Shown here in pieces: positions 11,841-25,362 of a stretch of 64,000 nt of DNA. The DNA comes from the human T2T-CHM13v2.0 reference genome, Homo sapiens. The stretch is from NCBI RefSeq assembly GCF_009914755.1, contig NC_060933.1; one strand, 5' to 3'. Each line of letters begins with the position of its first letter. Within the stretch, counting starts at the first letter, position 1. A program made the position numbers and the translations under genes. A model generated the notes under the pieces. The model did no database searches and had not been told where the DNA came from. It saw only the letters and a program-made list of their open reading frames with translations.

Positions 11841-13974
11841 CGGATTTGAACTAAGCACTCACTCTGTGTCAGGTTGGGTGCTGGGGACCAGGTGCATGGT
11901 CCCTGCCTGCCTCCTGGAGTCCTGGTCAGATGGGAGAGCTGCTTCTCTTTGCTGCCTTGAGTGGCTTGTCCCACCCCCGTTCTGTCTGTCCTCTGTCCAG
12001 TGGCGAAGATTTGAGCCGAGGATGCACTGTTGTACCCTTGTCCCTTGGGGTTTCCCTGTACTGGGTACTTCTGGAGCTCCCCTCTTCCCCGCGGTGGGTA
12101 CCTGGGGCTGAGGCATCCAGGTGTCAGCTTGGGGCTGGGGGTAGCTCTGCAGGGATCACTGCCAGCCATGGGGCACCATCTGGGTCCAACTAGTGGCTTT
12201 TCAGGCACTGCCAGTGGGGGGCCCCCCGAGACCCCCCAGCCTCCACATGCTGCTGCCTCTGCTTGTGCCCCACACGGGGATGGCTTCCACGCCTCCAACT
12301 CTGGGATCCACCCCACCCCAGTGCTGGAACAGGAGCATGGCAAGCCCTCAGCGTGAAGCAAAGTCTGAGTCTGGTGTTGGTCCAGGCACATCACTTGTAA
12401 TGCCCACAGCACTTCTCAAGGGAGGGAGGCATTACTGTCCCCACCTGACAGCCAAGGAAACAGAGGCGCAGAGGAGTGAAGCTTCTTCCTCAAGGTCGTG
12501 CAGCTTGTGGATATCATAAGTGGGACTTGAATCTGGCTCTGTCTGACCCCGAAGCCTGCACTTTCCCCATCATTGAGGCAGGGGGTAGTTGGGAGCATGG
12601 ACCCTGGAGCCAGATGGCTTGGGTTCTAATCCTCACTCCCTGCTGACCAGCTGTGAGACCTCGGGCCAGTTACCTGACCATTCTGAGCCATGGTATCCTT
12701 GTCTGTAGGGGGATCCAATCCTGGAGCTTGGGCTGGGAAAGAGCCGGGCATGCAGCGGGTGATCCTGAGGAATGGGGAGGCTGGGGAGGACCTGGACCAG
12801 CTGCTTGCAATGAACGAGTCCTTTCTGAGACTCCAGTGGGTAGGAGGCCACCGCAGGTCTAGACAGCGAGGCATTTGGGGGTGGGGGTGGGAGTCAGGAG
12901 AAGTCTGCGTGCAGCACTCCAGGACAGGAAGGGTCACAACTCCCATCTCTCTTGGGATCCCTCAAAGACTGAGCTCTGCTGGGGGCTGGGGGCTTCAGCC
13001 TGGGAGTGGGCATGGAGGCGGGGGAGCTGGAGCCAGGCTCCCTGTTGTGACTTATGGGGGAGCTGGTAATGAAGCTGGCTGGCAGTAAATAATCAGACAT
13101 GAAAATCTTACCATTTAATTAACCAAAAATAAATGACCAAGGGCCCTGGGAAGAAGGGAGTCCTGGCCACCCTGGAGTCAGCTGCTGCTGTGGGCTCGGA
13201 GTGGAACCACTCACTTGTACATCACCCATTCATTCCCATTGGCACAACCCTTGTAGTTCCAATGGGGTGTTGTCATCCCTATTTCACAGAGGGGGAAGCT
13301 GAGGCCCAGAGAGGGCAAAGTAACAGCCCAGAGTCCCACAGGATTCAGTAGGTGACCTGGGACCCAATCCTGTGGCCCCTGAATCCAGGGCTGCAGCCCA
13401 CAATCCTCCTTCCCACCCAGACTGAGACCTTCTTTCTGTCCATCCCCCAAGTCCTCCTATTGCCCTCCTCCTCCAGGAAGGCCTCCTGGGATGCTGCAGC
13501 CCCAGTAGCCCCTCTGAGTGAGCCTGGTCTTGGGCAGTCAGTTCAGAACTGAGTCACAAGCACAGTTCCACCTCCTGTACCTCTCCTCACTCCGCTTGGG
13601 GGATGGTGGTGGTGATGGTGGGGTGAATCTTTCCATTTTAAAGAAGGTATCGACTGGCATATGCTGAACTAATGTTCCCATCTCCACTGACTCCTCCTCT
13701 GGGAATGATAGATTCACAGGTCAAAGAGCCGATGGACCCCAGGGACAAACAGGACAGTGTCACTCCTGTTTGCTCAGGAGCTCTATGGAGGAGCCAGCTT
13801 CTCCCTTTCTTTTCCTTGTTTTTCAGGAGACAATTACTGACGTTTAATCACAGCTCCTTGGCATTCTGTAAAACGGGTACATGCCAGCCAATTAAACAGA
13901 GCAAGGAGAGGGGAGCAGGGGCGGAGGGGAGGGAGAGCCAGGGTATGTGGCCAGTGGTGTGTTTTGTCATTGTG

Positions 13975-14500
<526 letters not shown>

Positions 14501-14519
14501 TAAAAGAGCCAATGTTGTA

Positions 14520-14730
14520 GAGCCCTTGGCGTGTGCCAGAGACTGTGCTAAGTGCTGTGGTGATGATCTCATTTGGTTTTCACAATAGCCCTGTGGAGTG
14601 AGTATTCTTATTCTCTTCATTTTCAAGCTAAGGCCCAGAGAGGGTCAGCGACTGCCCCAAGGACACACAGCTAGTGAGAGGCCACGCTGAAGCTGAAGCC
14701 ATGTCTGTCTGAACCCAAACCCACACTGTT
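14520..14730 (-). mobile_element. MIR
   Basis: TGTGCTAAGTGCT...CACAATAGCCCTGTG...CCCAAGGACACACAGCTAGT. Confidence 0.68.
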
Positions 14731-17700
14731 TGCCTGTTCTCTTCGCTGCCTCCCTGTTCACGAGCCAGCAGGGCAGGATCAGGGCAGCCGTGGAAACCTC
14801 AGTCTTAGGCCGCAGGAAGCGGACAGCACCTGCAGGTCGAAGAAGAATGGCTGGGGCCCGCGGGACAGAAGAGGGACTGTTGTGGAGGAGTGGGTGTGGA
14901 CTCACTGCTGGAGCTGGAGCAGGGCCCAGTGCGGGGGTGTCCACTGTGTTCCAGCTTTGGGGGCAGCGGTAGGGTGGCTGGGCACACATACTGGGAGGCA
15001 GACAGACCTGGGTTTGCGCTGTGGTTCTGCCATTTGCCATCTTTGTGGCCTTGGACAAGTCGCCTCCCTCCCCGAAGGACAACAGCGGGCCCTGCCTCTT
15101 GGGTGTGGAGGGGAACGCATCGTGAAGGTTTGTGCTCACAAATGTGCCAGGTGCACGCTCAGGGCCCCCAAAATGTGAGCTGAGATTCAGAGATAATATA
15201 TTCAAAATGCCTAGAACAGTACCTGGTACGTATTGGTTACTTAGTAAATGTAGGGATTATTTCTGTTTTGTAAAACACTTATTTATTGGTGTGCATATAT
15301 TATACATACTGAAGAAAATCTGGAAGAGAAAATGTGAAAATAGCCACAGTGATTTTTCTTTCAGGGCTCCAGGGTTGCTGGCGATGTTTTTCTTCTTTGT
15401 GATTTCCTGCATTTTCCACCTCTTTAGTGGTAAGAAGATACCATTTTTTGCAACTGGAAGGCAAAGCCTTTAAAAAGAAAACCGAAAACAACAGAAGCTG
15501 CTGTGGCCAGGCCTGCCGGCTCCCCTCCGCCCCCAGCTGTCAGCGCCCATGCAATGCTTCATTTCCTGGGGGAAGGGGGTCCCAGAGAGGCGGAGCTGTC
15601 CAGGACCCCTAGGTCTCAAACCTTGGGGTTTGGGAGTTCCATCTGAAGTGTCTTATCCCTGGGATCCCTGAGGGATGTCCAGGGCTGGGCTATGACCCTG
15701 GGATCTGCCCAACGCCTCCTTAGAGCTGGAGCTGGGCACACCTCCAGGGAAGCCAGGGCTCCAGTGCCCCCAAACCTCAAAGATGCCCCATTTTCTTCCT
15801 TGCCACCCCGGCATGGCCCTGCCCCTCCCTGCCGATTGGCATATGGGATGGGGATGTGGAGACAATGGAAGCTGAGTGTAACCACTGTTTACAGAAAAAA
15901 ATGGTACAAGATTTATTTATTGGAAGGTGACTGAGGAATATGAATTCTACACTCCATTTAAAATGCTTTTTATTTCTCTCAGCCTTGGGGCTCAGAGTAC
16001 ATCTAATTTCACCCACAGCTATAATTCTCTTCCAAACAGTTCCTGCTTCTCCTCTGGGTCCCCAGGAACTGAGTTAGTTTATGTCTGCCACTGATGAGGC
16101 TCAGGCAGGGGCAGTGAGGACCGCTCTGTGCCAGCGCGCTCTGGAAGCCCTCCTGCCCATGCCACCCCCTGTGTGGACGTTCAGGCTGGGGGCTGGTGGG
16201 GTGCCCATGGCGCCAGGCCTGGGGGCCTTGAGACGACCTAGACTCGGGCCGGCGAGCGGCCCATATCTCACGCTGGACGTGTTGATTGTTACAACCTCAG
16301 AGCTAACAATTAGTTTGTTAGTATATTTATCCCGTGAACATTGGAGCCTGTGATTACAAATCCAATATCTGGATTGTGGCAGCATTTGGAGATAAATCTG
16401 TGCTCCAGGCCTGGTAGTGTCAGCGGTGGGGGTGGGGGTACCCTGAGTGGGAGGGGCAGCCATCTCAGTGGCCTTGCCTGCCTGTTCCTTTCCCTGGCCT
16501 GTCTGTCTGCTGGCCTGCTTGTCTGTCTATATGCATCCATCCGCCTGTCTGACTTCTTGCTAGTCTGCCCACCTGGTACCTGTTCTTCCTCCATAGCAGA
16601 CTTTGGAGCTGCAGAAATTGGAAGACCCTGAATCCTCAAGTCGCTCATGGTCTACTTAGAGAGACAGATGACTCTAATTCTAGGAGGTCGCTGCTGCGAC
16701 AGAGGGATGGATGGAGAGAACGCTGTGGGATCTCCCAGGAGGGCAGGGCCAACCTTGCCCAAAAGGTTAAGAAAGGACGTTCCAGGGGTCCTGACCAATA
16801 GCCACCTGCTCTTTTTTCTTTGGCTTTTAAGCATCCTTCCGCAGGGCCCTCCCTTGGCACCCACCCTGTCTCCCCACCATTTAGGTCTTAACCCACCTAC
16901 ATGGGCCCTTGACGCCCCTTCTGACACCCAGCACAACCAGTTGCCCCCTTGAGGCAAAATCCAATGCTATTATGGGCACACATCCTCCCCATCCCTCAGG
17001 CCTGGCAGGCACAGTCAGACTCCCTTCTCCTGTTGATTTTCTCTTTTTGCACCTTCCCTGATGCTGTGGTCTCCAGATTGTGTCTTCTCAGCTCCTTGAT
17101 TGTGGGAGGGTTCCATGCTCCCTGATCGTGTCTTCCCAGCTCCTTCCAGCTACCTCTTCCTCTGCTGGCTTCTCACCTGCGGCTGTTCCCCGGGCCCAGT
17201 TCTGCAACACCGCCCTCCTCACTCCTCCCTCTTCCCTCCTCCTCCGTTCTCCATCCTAGCAAGTCATACTTCCCGTGCCTCCTCTGTCATCCTAGCGATT
17301 CCTATATCCCATGTCTCTGCTTCCAGCCCAGAGCTCTTCAGGATCCTGGGTTTTTGGGGCTCTTCTCCCCACTATGCCCCTGAACTTAGGGGCCAGCCAG
17401 CCCCCCAACACTGGCTTACCAAGCTGGAATCTGGGAGGGGTCAGTCCTCATTGACAAGTCCTCCTTCACCCCCAGCCAGGACGTCACTGGGCCCGTGCAG
17501 CTCTCCTCTCAGAGACACTTGGCACGTCGGCTCTCTCCACTCCTTTGGTCACTGCCTGGGCCAGGCCACCGGCTTCTCTCATGGCTTGTCTGTGCCACCT
17601 CCCAGCTGGCCCCTCAGCCTCAAGTGCATCCCCTATAACTCTCCTGCTGCATCTCAGCAATCCTGAACCTTGGAGTGGGGCGGGGGTTGGTGCAGGCAAA

Positions 17701-17784
17701 ACCTGTGAAATGGGAATGGTAATTCTTGCGCGTTAGGGAGGTATGCTAGCAGGGCTTAGTGAGAGCTCAATGCTATTAGGGCTG

Positions 17785-18022
17785 ACCTATATTTAGCACT
17801 TGCTCTGGGTCTAGCTCCATGCCAGGCAACTTACCTGATGGACTTGCTTGATTTTCACCACAGCTTGGTGGAGCAGGTTATGTCACTATCTCCAATTTCA
17901 CACATGTGGGAACTAACACTCAGAGTCAAACGACATGCCCAAGGTCACAGGACTGGAAGGGGTTGAGCTAAGATAGAAATGTGGGTCTGTTTGGCTCCAG
18001 GGCCCCACCCTTAACTACTGTC
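17785..18022 (-). mobile_element. MIR
   Basis: ATTTAGCACTTGCTCT...CCCAAGGTCACAG...TCTGTTTGGCTCCAG...CTTAACTACTG. Confidence 0.65.
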
Positions 18023-18219
18023 TGTGCTGCCCCAGGAGACGCCCCTTCCAGGGCTGGCCCAGAACCTGGCCCTTAGCAGTGGCTCAGGGCCTGTGACCAC
18101 TTTTCCTCTGAGGTCCAAGGCCATCTGTGGGCTTGGCAGAGTTCCCTGGGTTTGTGAGAAAGAACTTCAGGGCCTGGACCAGTGCTCAAACTCTCACCCA
18201 CCATAAAATTCATCCCTTT

Positions 18220-19110
<891 letters not shown>

Positions 19111-19799
19111 ACTCCCCTTGGCCATGGTGTACTGGTGGGGGAGGACCCAAGGATCCCGCTGATTCATGAGCAGCCTCGTGTGCTGGGACCCTTGTTAGGG
19201 CTCTCTGAGCCCACGACTCTTCTCACCATTTACCCCCAAGAACATGGTGATGATGACCTGTGCCCCACTCTGGTCAGAGGCTTCCCATTTGTGATCTTAC
19301 CCAATCCCCAGAGGAATTCAATGTGGAACGACTTGGTCACCCCGTTTTATAACGGAGAATACAGAGGCTCCATGAGATATGGCAACTTGCCAGTGAGAAG
19401 CAGAGTTGAGTCTTGAACCCAGCTATATCTGATTCCAAATCCTTGCATTTCATCTCCAAACTATTTTGCCTTTTACTTGGCCCAGTAAAACTTGTGGAGA
19501 AAAGAAGCTCTGAAGAGGTGGGGGCTTGGTGAAGGCAGGGGCCCCCCGCCCCAGTACTCTGTATGGCTCTTGACCCTTTTGTTTCACTGGCTACTGGGGC
19601 TGCCCTCTGGTGGGTGGGGAATGGGCATAATTCTGGGCTCAGATCCCTCTTGTGGGCCCAGACATGCCAACTCAGAGAGCTGGGGCCTTTTCTCTGTTTT
19701 ATAAGTGGGAAAACTGAGGACCAGAGGGAGAAGGGCCAGGGCCACCCCAGTGGTAGAGCTAGGATTCGAATCCAGCTCCGTTTGCATCCAAATCGTTCC

Positions 19800-19801
<2 letters not shown>

Positions 19802-19842
<41 letters not shown>
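19802..19842. repeat. (GT)~20 microsatellite
   Basis: Perfect dinucleotide run. Confidence 0.97.
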
Positions 19843-19844
<2 letters not shown>

Positions 19845-20398
19845 GGCAGCAGTTGGCATGGCAGAGGGACATGCTGTGTGCCCAATTGCTGAAGGTGGAT
19901 TTAAGCCAAGCTCTCCAAAGGGGGTGCAGTGCAGCACGGTGAATCCACTAATATCTGGGTGATATTGTCACCATCCAGAGAATGAGGAGTAGCTATGGAC
20001 AAATGGACAATAAGAGTAGCTATGGCCAAAACTAGGACATGCCCACTTTAGAGGTTGCATGAAGCAGTGTCCCTGGGGAATGGCTCTGTGGAACCTCCCA
20101 GGACAGACACCCACTGGAGACAATGGGGTAGTTACATCCTAATGACTCCTCCCTGGAGTAAGGAGTCATTCTGACAGAGAGGGTGGCCTGTAAGAGGACA
20201 CTTAGGGTTTGTCCCTAAGTGACACCAGACAAGAGGAGGAGTCTAGGACCTGTCTTTCAGAGGGATCCAAAAGCTGTGGTCCAGGAAACCCAAACTTGTT
20301 CCTTTGTAACTTCCACTGGGGACTGCAGAAGGGTCAGCAGCAAAATCTGAAAGTGAGCAGAGCCACGGGGGCAGTGGGAATCGGAGACTTGGGGCCAC

Positions 20399-20798
20399 TT
20401 TCATGTGCGTCCGTGTGAAGAGACCACCAAACAGGCTTTGTGTGAGCAATAAAGCTTTTAATCACCTGGGTGCAGGCGGGCTGAGTCCGAAAAGAGTCAG
20501 CGAAGGGAGATAGGGGTGGGGCCGTTTTATAGGATTTGGGTAGGTAAAGGAAAAAGGGGGGTTGTTCTCTGGCGGGCAGGAGTGGGGGTCACAAGGTACT
20601 CAGTGGGGGAACTTTTGAGCCAGGATGAGCCAGGAGAAGGAATTTCACAAGACAATGTCATCAGTTAATGCAGGAACAGGCCATTTTCACTTCTTTTGTG
20701 GTGGAATGCCATCAGTTAAGGCAGGAACCAGCCATCTGGATGTGTACGTGCAGGTCACAGGGGATATGATGGCTTAGCTTGGGCTCAGAGGCCTGACA
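20399..20798 (-). mobile_element. 3' LTR (LTR7 family) of HERV-H
   Basis: Near-identical to 25970-26368 (about 12 substitutions plus a few indels by eye); preceded on the minus strand by the PPT and followed by the TSD. Confidence 0.95.
20457..20462 (-). terminator. ATTAAA polyadenylation signal of the 3' LTR
   Basis: Minus strand GGTGATTAAAAGCTTTATTGCTCA at the R-region position of the HERV-H poly(A) signal, followed by GT-rich TGTTTGGTGGTCTC. Confidence 0.7.
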
Positions 20799-20811
20799 TT
20801 CCTGTCTTCTT
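20799..20811 (-). other. Polypurine tract of HERV-H
   Basis: Minus strand AAGAAGACAGGAA immediately abuts the TG start of the 3' LTR. Confidence 0.85.
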
Positions 20812-21399
20812 ATATTAATAAGAAAAATAAAGTGAAAAAGTGGTAAAGTGTTCAGACGGCGAAAATTTTTGGGGATGGTATGGAGAGATAATGGGCGATG
20901 TTTCTCAGGGCTGCTTCGAGTGGGATTAGGGGCGGCGTGGGAACCTAGAGTGGGAGAGATTAAGCTGAAGGAAGATTTTGTGGTAAGGGGTGATATTGTG
21001 GGGTTGTTAGAAGAAACATTTGTCATTTAGAATTATTGGTGATGGCCTGGATACAGTTTTGTATGAATTGAAAAACTAAATGGAATAAGAGAAGGAGAAA
21101 AATAGGTATTAAAGGACTAAGAATTGGGAGGACCTAGGACATCTAATTAGAGAATGCCTAAGGAGGTTCAGCATAGCCTTGCCAGCAAAGATTATTTATT
21201 TACTCTTAGAGTTAAGAGTGGCAGTTTGGGGTTAGCACCAGGAGATATCAGCTGTGATGGCTTGGAGAAACAGTGTAAACTGGCAGTGTAAACAAGAGCA
21301 GGGCATGTATGAGTAGTTGAGAATGGTGAATAGGAGTATGACTAGACAGAAGACAGTAGGGATGACAAGTTTTTTTTTGGGGCACAGTCCAAGTTGGTC

Positions 21400-22058
21400 T
21401 GGTGTCTGGAATGAGACTGGGGCCTAATAAAAAGGAGCATCTATATGGGAGCTCAAATGGGCTGTACCTTGTAGCATTCTGAGGACAGGCCTGAATTCTG
21501 AGAAGGGAAAGTGGTAAAAGTATTGTCCATTCCTTTTTAAGTTGGTGGCTGAGCTTGGTGAAGTGTGTTTTTAAAAGACCTTCAGTCTGTTCTACTTTTC
21601 CTGAAGACTGAGGACTGTAAGGGATATAAAGGTTTCACTGAATACCAAGAGCCTGAAAAACTGCTTGGCTGATTTGACTAATAAAGGCTGGTTTGTTATC
21701 AGACTGTATAGAGGTGGGAAGGCTAAACTGAGGAATTATGTCTGACAGAAGGGAAGAAATGACTGCGGTGGCCTTCTTAGACCCTGTGGGAAAGGCCTCT
21801 ACCTATCCAGTGAAAGTGTCTACTTAGACTAAGAGGTATTTTAGTTTTTGTGACTTGGGGCATGTTGAGTAAAGCTAATTTGCCAGTCCTGGGCGGGGGC
21901 AAATCCCCGAGCTTGATGTGTAGGGAAGGGAGGGGGCCTGAATAATCCCTGGGAAGTAGTAGAATAGCAGATGCAACACTGAGAAGTTATTTTCTTGAGG
22001 ATAGATTTCTACGACGGAAAGGAAATGAGAGGTCCTAAGAGGCGGGCTAGTGGCTTGT
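21400..22058 (-). pseudogene. pol: HERV-H integrase remnant
   Basis: Manual minus-strand translation gives ITSQCCICYSTT...PTHQARGFAPAQDWQI (zinc-finger CxxC followed by the PxxxWQxD-type motif), then frameshifts and stops. Confidence 0.75.
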
Positions 22059-22059
22059 A

Positions 22060-23394
22060 CTATAGCATAGCCTGCCTTTGCTGGTGTGTGGCGATTAGGC
22101 CTGGTGGAACTGCCATCAAAAAATCAAGTGTGATCAGGGTAAGAAACACGGAAGAAGGAAATGTGGGGCAAGGGGGTGAAAGTCAGGTGGATCAGAGAGA
22201 TGCAGTCATGAGGGTCAGGTGTGGTATCAGGAATAATGTGGGAGGCCGGATTGAAGTCCGGGCCGGGAACAGTGGTAACTGTGGGAGACTCAACAAAGAG
22301 TGAGTCCAGCTGAAGGAGCCGGGGAGCAGAAAGTATATGTGTCAGGTGTGAGGAAGAAAATAGATTTTGGAAATTATGAGAGCTGTAGAGAGTGAGTTGA
22401 GCATAGTTTGTGATTTTAAGGGCCTCTAAAAGTATTTGAGTGGCAGCAGCCACTGCACGGAGACATAATGGCCAGCTTAAAACAGTAAGGTCAAGTTTTT
22501 TGGACAAAAAGGCTACAGGACACGATCCCGGTCCTTGTGTAAGAATTCCGACTGCACAGCCCTGCACTTTGGCTGTGTGTAATGAAAAGGGTTGGGATGG
22601 CTCAGGGAGAGCTAGGGTGGGGACAGTCTCTAAAGCTGTCTTCAAGGAATGGAAAAAGGAGTGGGGAAAGGATTTAGGATCTATGGGGTCAGCTAGGTTT
22701 CCTTTTGTGAGTTTATATAATGGTTTTGTTAGGATGGCAAAACCAGCTATCCAAAGGCGAAAGTATCTAACCATGCCTAGGAAGGAAGGGAGTTGTTGTT
22801 TTGTAGAAGGGGTTGGGGTTTGAGAGATTAGTTGGACACTATCGGCAGGGAGAGCACGTGTGTTTTTATGAGAATTATGCCGAGATAGGTAACAGATGAG
22901 GATGAAATTTGGGCTTGACTGAAGTAAAGGGGGCTGTCTGTGAAGCCTTGCGGCAGTACAGCCCAGGTAATTTGCTGAGCCTAATGGGTGTCAGTGTCAG
23001 TCCAAGTGAAAGCAAAGAGAGGCTGGGATGAAGGGTGCAAAGGAATAGTAAAGAAAGCATGTTTGAGATCCAGAACAGAATAATGGATTGTGGAGGGAGG
23101 TATTGAGGATAGGAGAGTATATGGGTTTGGCACCATGGGGTGGATAGGCAAAACAATTTGGTTGATAAGGCATAGATCCTGAACTAACTTGTAAGCCTTG
23201 TCTGGTTTTAGGACAGGTAAAATGGGGGAATTGTAAGGAGAGTTTGTAGACTTTAAAAGGCCATGCTGTAGCAGGCAAGTGATAACAGGCTTTAATCCTT
23301 TCAAAGCATGCTGTGGGATGGGATATTGGCATTGAGCGGGGTAAGGGTGATTAGGTTTTAATGAGATGGTAAGGGGTGCATGACCGGTCACCAA
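22060..23394 (-). pseudogene. pol: HERV-H pol remnant: reverse transcriptase, connection and start of RNase H
   Basis: QYPIP, SPYNSPILPVLKPD, YKLVQDL, YSVLDLKHAFFTIPL, FAFTW and WAVLPQGFTDSP motifs; GMVRYFRLWIAGFAILTKPLY thumb; DGSS...AGYAIV RNase H start; interrupted by stops and deletions. Confidence 0.92.
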
Positions 23395-23449
23395 GGAGGG
23401 AGTAGAGGTATCTTAAACTTGTGGGTTAAGGTGGGGGGATACAAGAGGA

Positions 23450-23800
23450 GGATGCAAAGGAGGCTTTGGATTGGGAAGAAGGGCGGCAATGAGATGTAGC
23501 TGTAATCCAGAAATAGTCAGGGAAGCAGATAATTTAGTTAAAGTGTCTTGGCCTAATAAGGGAACTCGCCAGGTGGGGCTAACTAAAAGGAGTGCTTAAA
23601 AGAGTACTGTCTAAGTTGGCACCAGAGTTGGGGAGTTTTAAGAGGTTTAGAAGCCTGGCTGTCAATACCCACAACATTTATGGAGGCAAGGGAAGCAGGC
23701 CCTTGAAAAGAAGGTAATGTGGAGTGGGTAGGCTTTGTATTGATTAAGAAGGGGACGGACTTACCCTCCACTGTGAGAGTTACCTGAAGCTCGGCGTCTG
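23450..23800 (-). pseudogene. pro: HERV-H protease remnant, catalytic motif lost
   Basis: VEGKSVPFLINTKPTHSTLP aligns with retroviral xFLxDTGAxxS; the DTG triad reads NTK; the downstream VVGID motif is present; in-frame stop at 23583. Confidence 0.8.
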
Positions 23801-23837
23801 TGGTGGTCTACAGGGTTTCCGAGGCGATCGAGCAACG

Positions 23838-24167
23838 TCAGTCTTCAGCTGCTAAGCCGAGAAGATCTGGGAAGGAGTCAGTCAGAGAGCCTTGGGCCAG
23901 AGTTCCAGGGGCTCTGGGAGTGGCTGCCAGGTGAGTTGAACAGTCCGATTTCCAGTGGGGTCCCCCACAGATGGGACACGGCTTAGGAGGAATCCCGGGC
24001 TGCGGGCATTCCTTGGCCTGGTGGCCAGATTTCTGGCACTTGTAGCAAGCGCCTGGGGGAGGCAGTTCTGGAGGAATGCCTGGCCACTGCGGTTTAGGCG
24101 TTTGGAAGTTCTTGTGTGCTGGAGATGTGGCTGGGGTTTGTCTCACAGTGGAGGCAAGGAATTGCAA
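23838..24167 (-). pseudogene. gag: HERV-H gag remnant, nucleocapsid region with two zinc knuckles
   Basis: [14 protein letters not shown] (CX2CX4HX4C) and [13 protein letters not shown] (CX2CX3HX4C), ending LGLAAED-stop; upstream gag to ~25100 is broken by stops and frameshifts. Confidence 0.9.
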
Positions 24168-25164
24168 CTCAGAAATATGTTGCTAGTTGGCTGCCTATAC
24201 TCTATTATTGTACACCTTGAAGGTGAGGTTAATTAAGTCCTGTTGTGGGGTTTGAGGGCCGGAATTTAATTTTTGGAGTTTTATTTAATGTTGGGAGCAG
24301 ATTGGGTAATAAAATGTATATTGAGAATAAGACGGCCTTTTGACCTTTTAGGGTCTAGGGCTGTAAAACGTCTCAGGGTTGCTGCCAAACGAGTCAGGAA
24401 CTGGGCTGGATTTTTATATTTGATGAGAAAGAGCCTAAACGCTATCTGATCTGGAATAAAGAAAAAGGAGCATTGACCTTGACTATGACTTTAGCTCCAG
24501 CCACCTTTTTAAGAGTAAATTGCTGGGCAGGTAGGGGAGGGCTAGTCATGGAACGAAACTGTAAGCTGGACCAGGTGTGAGGAGGGGAGGTGATAAAAGG
24601 ATTATAGGGTGGAGGAGCAGAGGCTGAGGAAGAATTGGGACCTAGCTCGGCCTGGTGAGGAGGGGAGAGGTCAGATAGGTCTGTAGAAAATGAAGATTAG
24701 AAAGACTCAGTGATGCTTGGGGTTGGGACTGAGGGGACAGGTGGGAGGGAAAGAAGGAAGATTTGGGACGAGTTGCATTGGGAACAGAGACTAGGGAGTG
24801 ACTGATGTGTAAAAGAATGCCTGGATGTCAGGCACCTCAGACCATTTGCCCATTTTACGACAAGAATTATTTAAATCTTGTAGGATGGAAAAAATGGAAG
24901 TGCCGTTTTCTGGCTATTTGGAACTACTGTCGAGTTTGTATTGGGGTCAAGCGGCATTGCAGAAGAAAATAAGGCATTTAGGTTTTAGGTCAGGTGTGAG
25001 TTGAAGAGGTTTTAAGTTCTTGAGAACACAGGCTAAGGGAGAAGAAGGAGGAATGGAGGGTGGAAATTTGCCCATAGTGAAGGAAGCAAGCCCAGAGAAA
25101 AGAGAGAGTAGAGACACGGAGGGAAGGGGTTCGGGGGTTCTTACCCTCCAGAAAAATGGGAAAG

Positions 25165-25362
25165 GGGTCGGGGTGTGGAAATAAGGGGTCAGGGCACAGA
25201 GATAAGAGGTGGGGCGTGGAAATAAGGGATCAGGGCAAAGAGATAAGAGGTCGGGCCATGGAAATAAGGGATCAGGGTGCAGAGTTAAGAGGTTGGGGCA
25301 TGGAAATAAGGGATTGGGGCACAGAGATAAGAGGTCAGGGTGTGGAAATAAGGGATTGGGGG
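25165..25362. repeat. Degenerate ~20/41-bp tandem repeat in the HERV-H leader
   Basis: Alternating GGAAATAAGGG(A/G)TCAGGG / CAGAGATAAGAGGT units, about 5 dimers; visible as the repeated EIRDQG pattern in ORF 25156..25560. Confidence 0.8.

Noticed and set aside
11032-12111. Long overlapping ORFs (up to 303 aa; Pro/Ser- or Gly/Glu/Arg-rich)
   Set aside because: Open only because the polypyrimidine and (TTCA)n tracts lack stop codons; no domain-like sequence.
20141-20170. 10-bp hairpin AATGACTCCT...AGGAGTCATT near the proviral insertion site
   Set aside because: Chance-level stem length; 230 bp from the TSD with no demonstrable link.
25165-25362. Regularly spaced repeats superficially like a CRISPR array
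   Set aside because: No unique spacers and no cas genes; eukaryotic retroviral leader tandem repeat.
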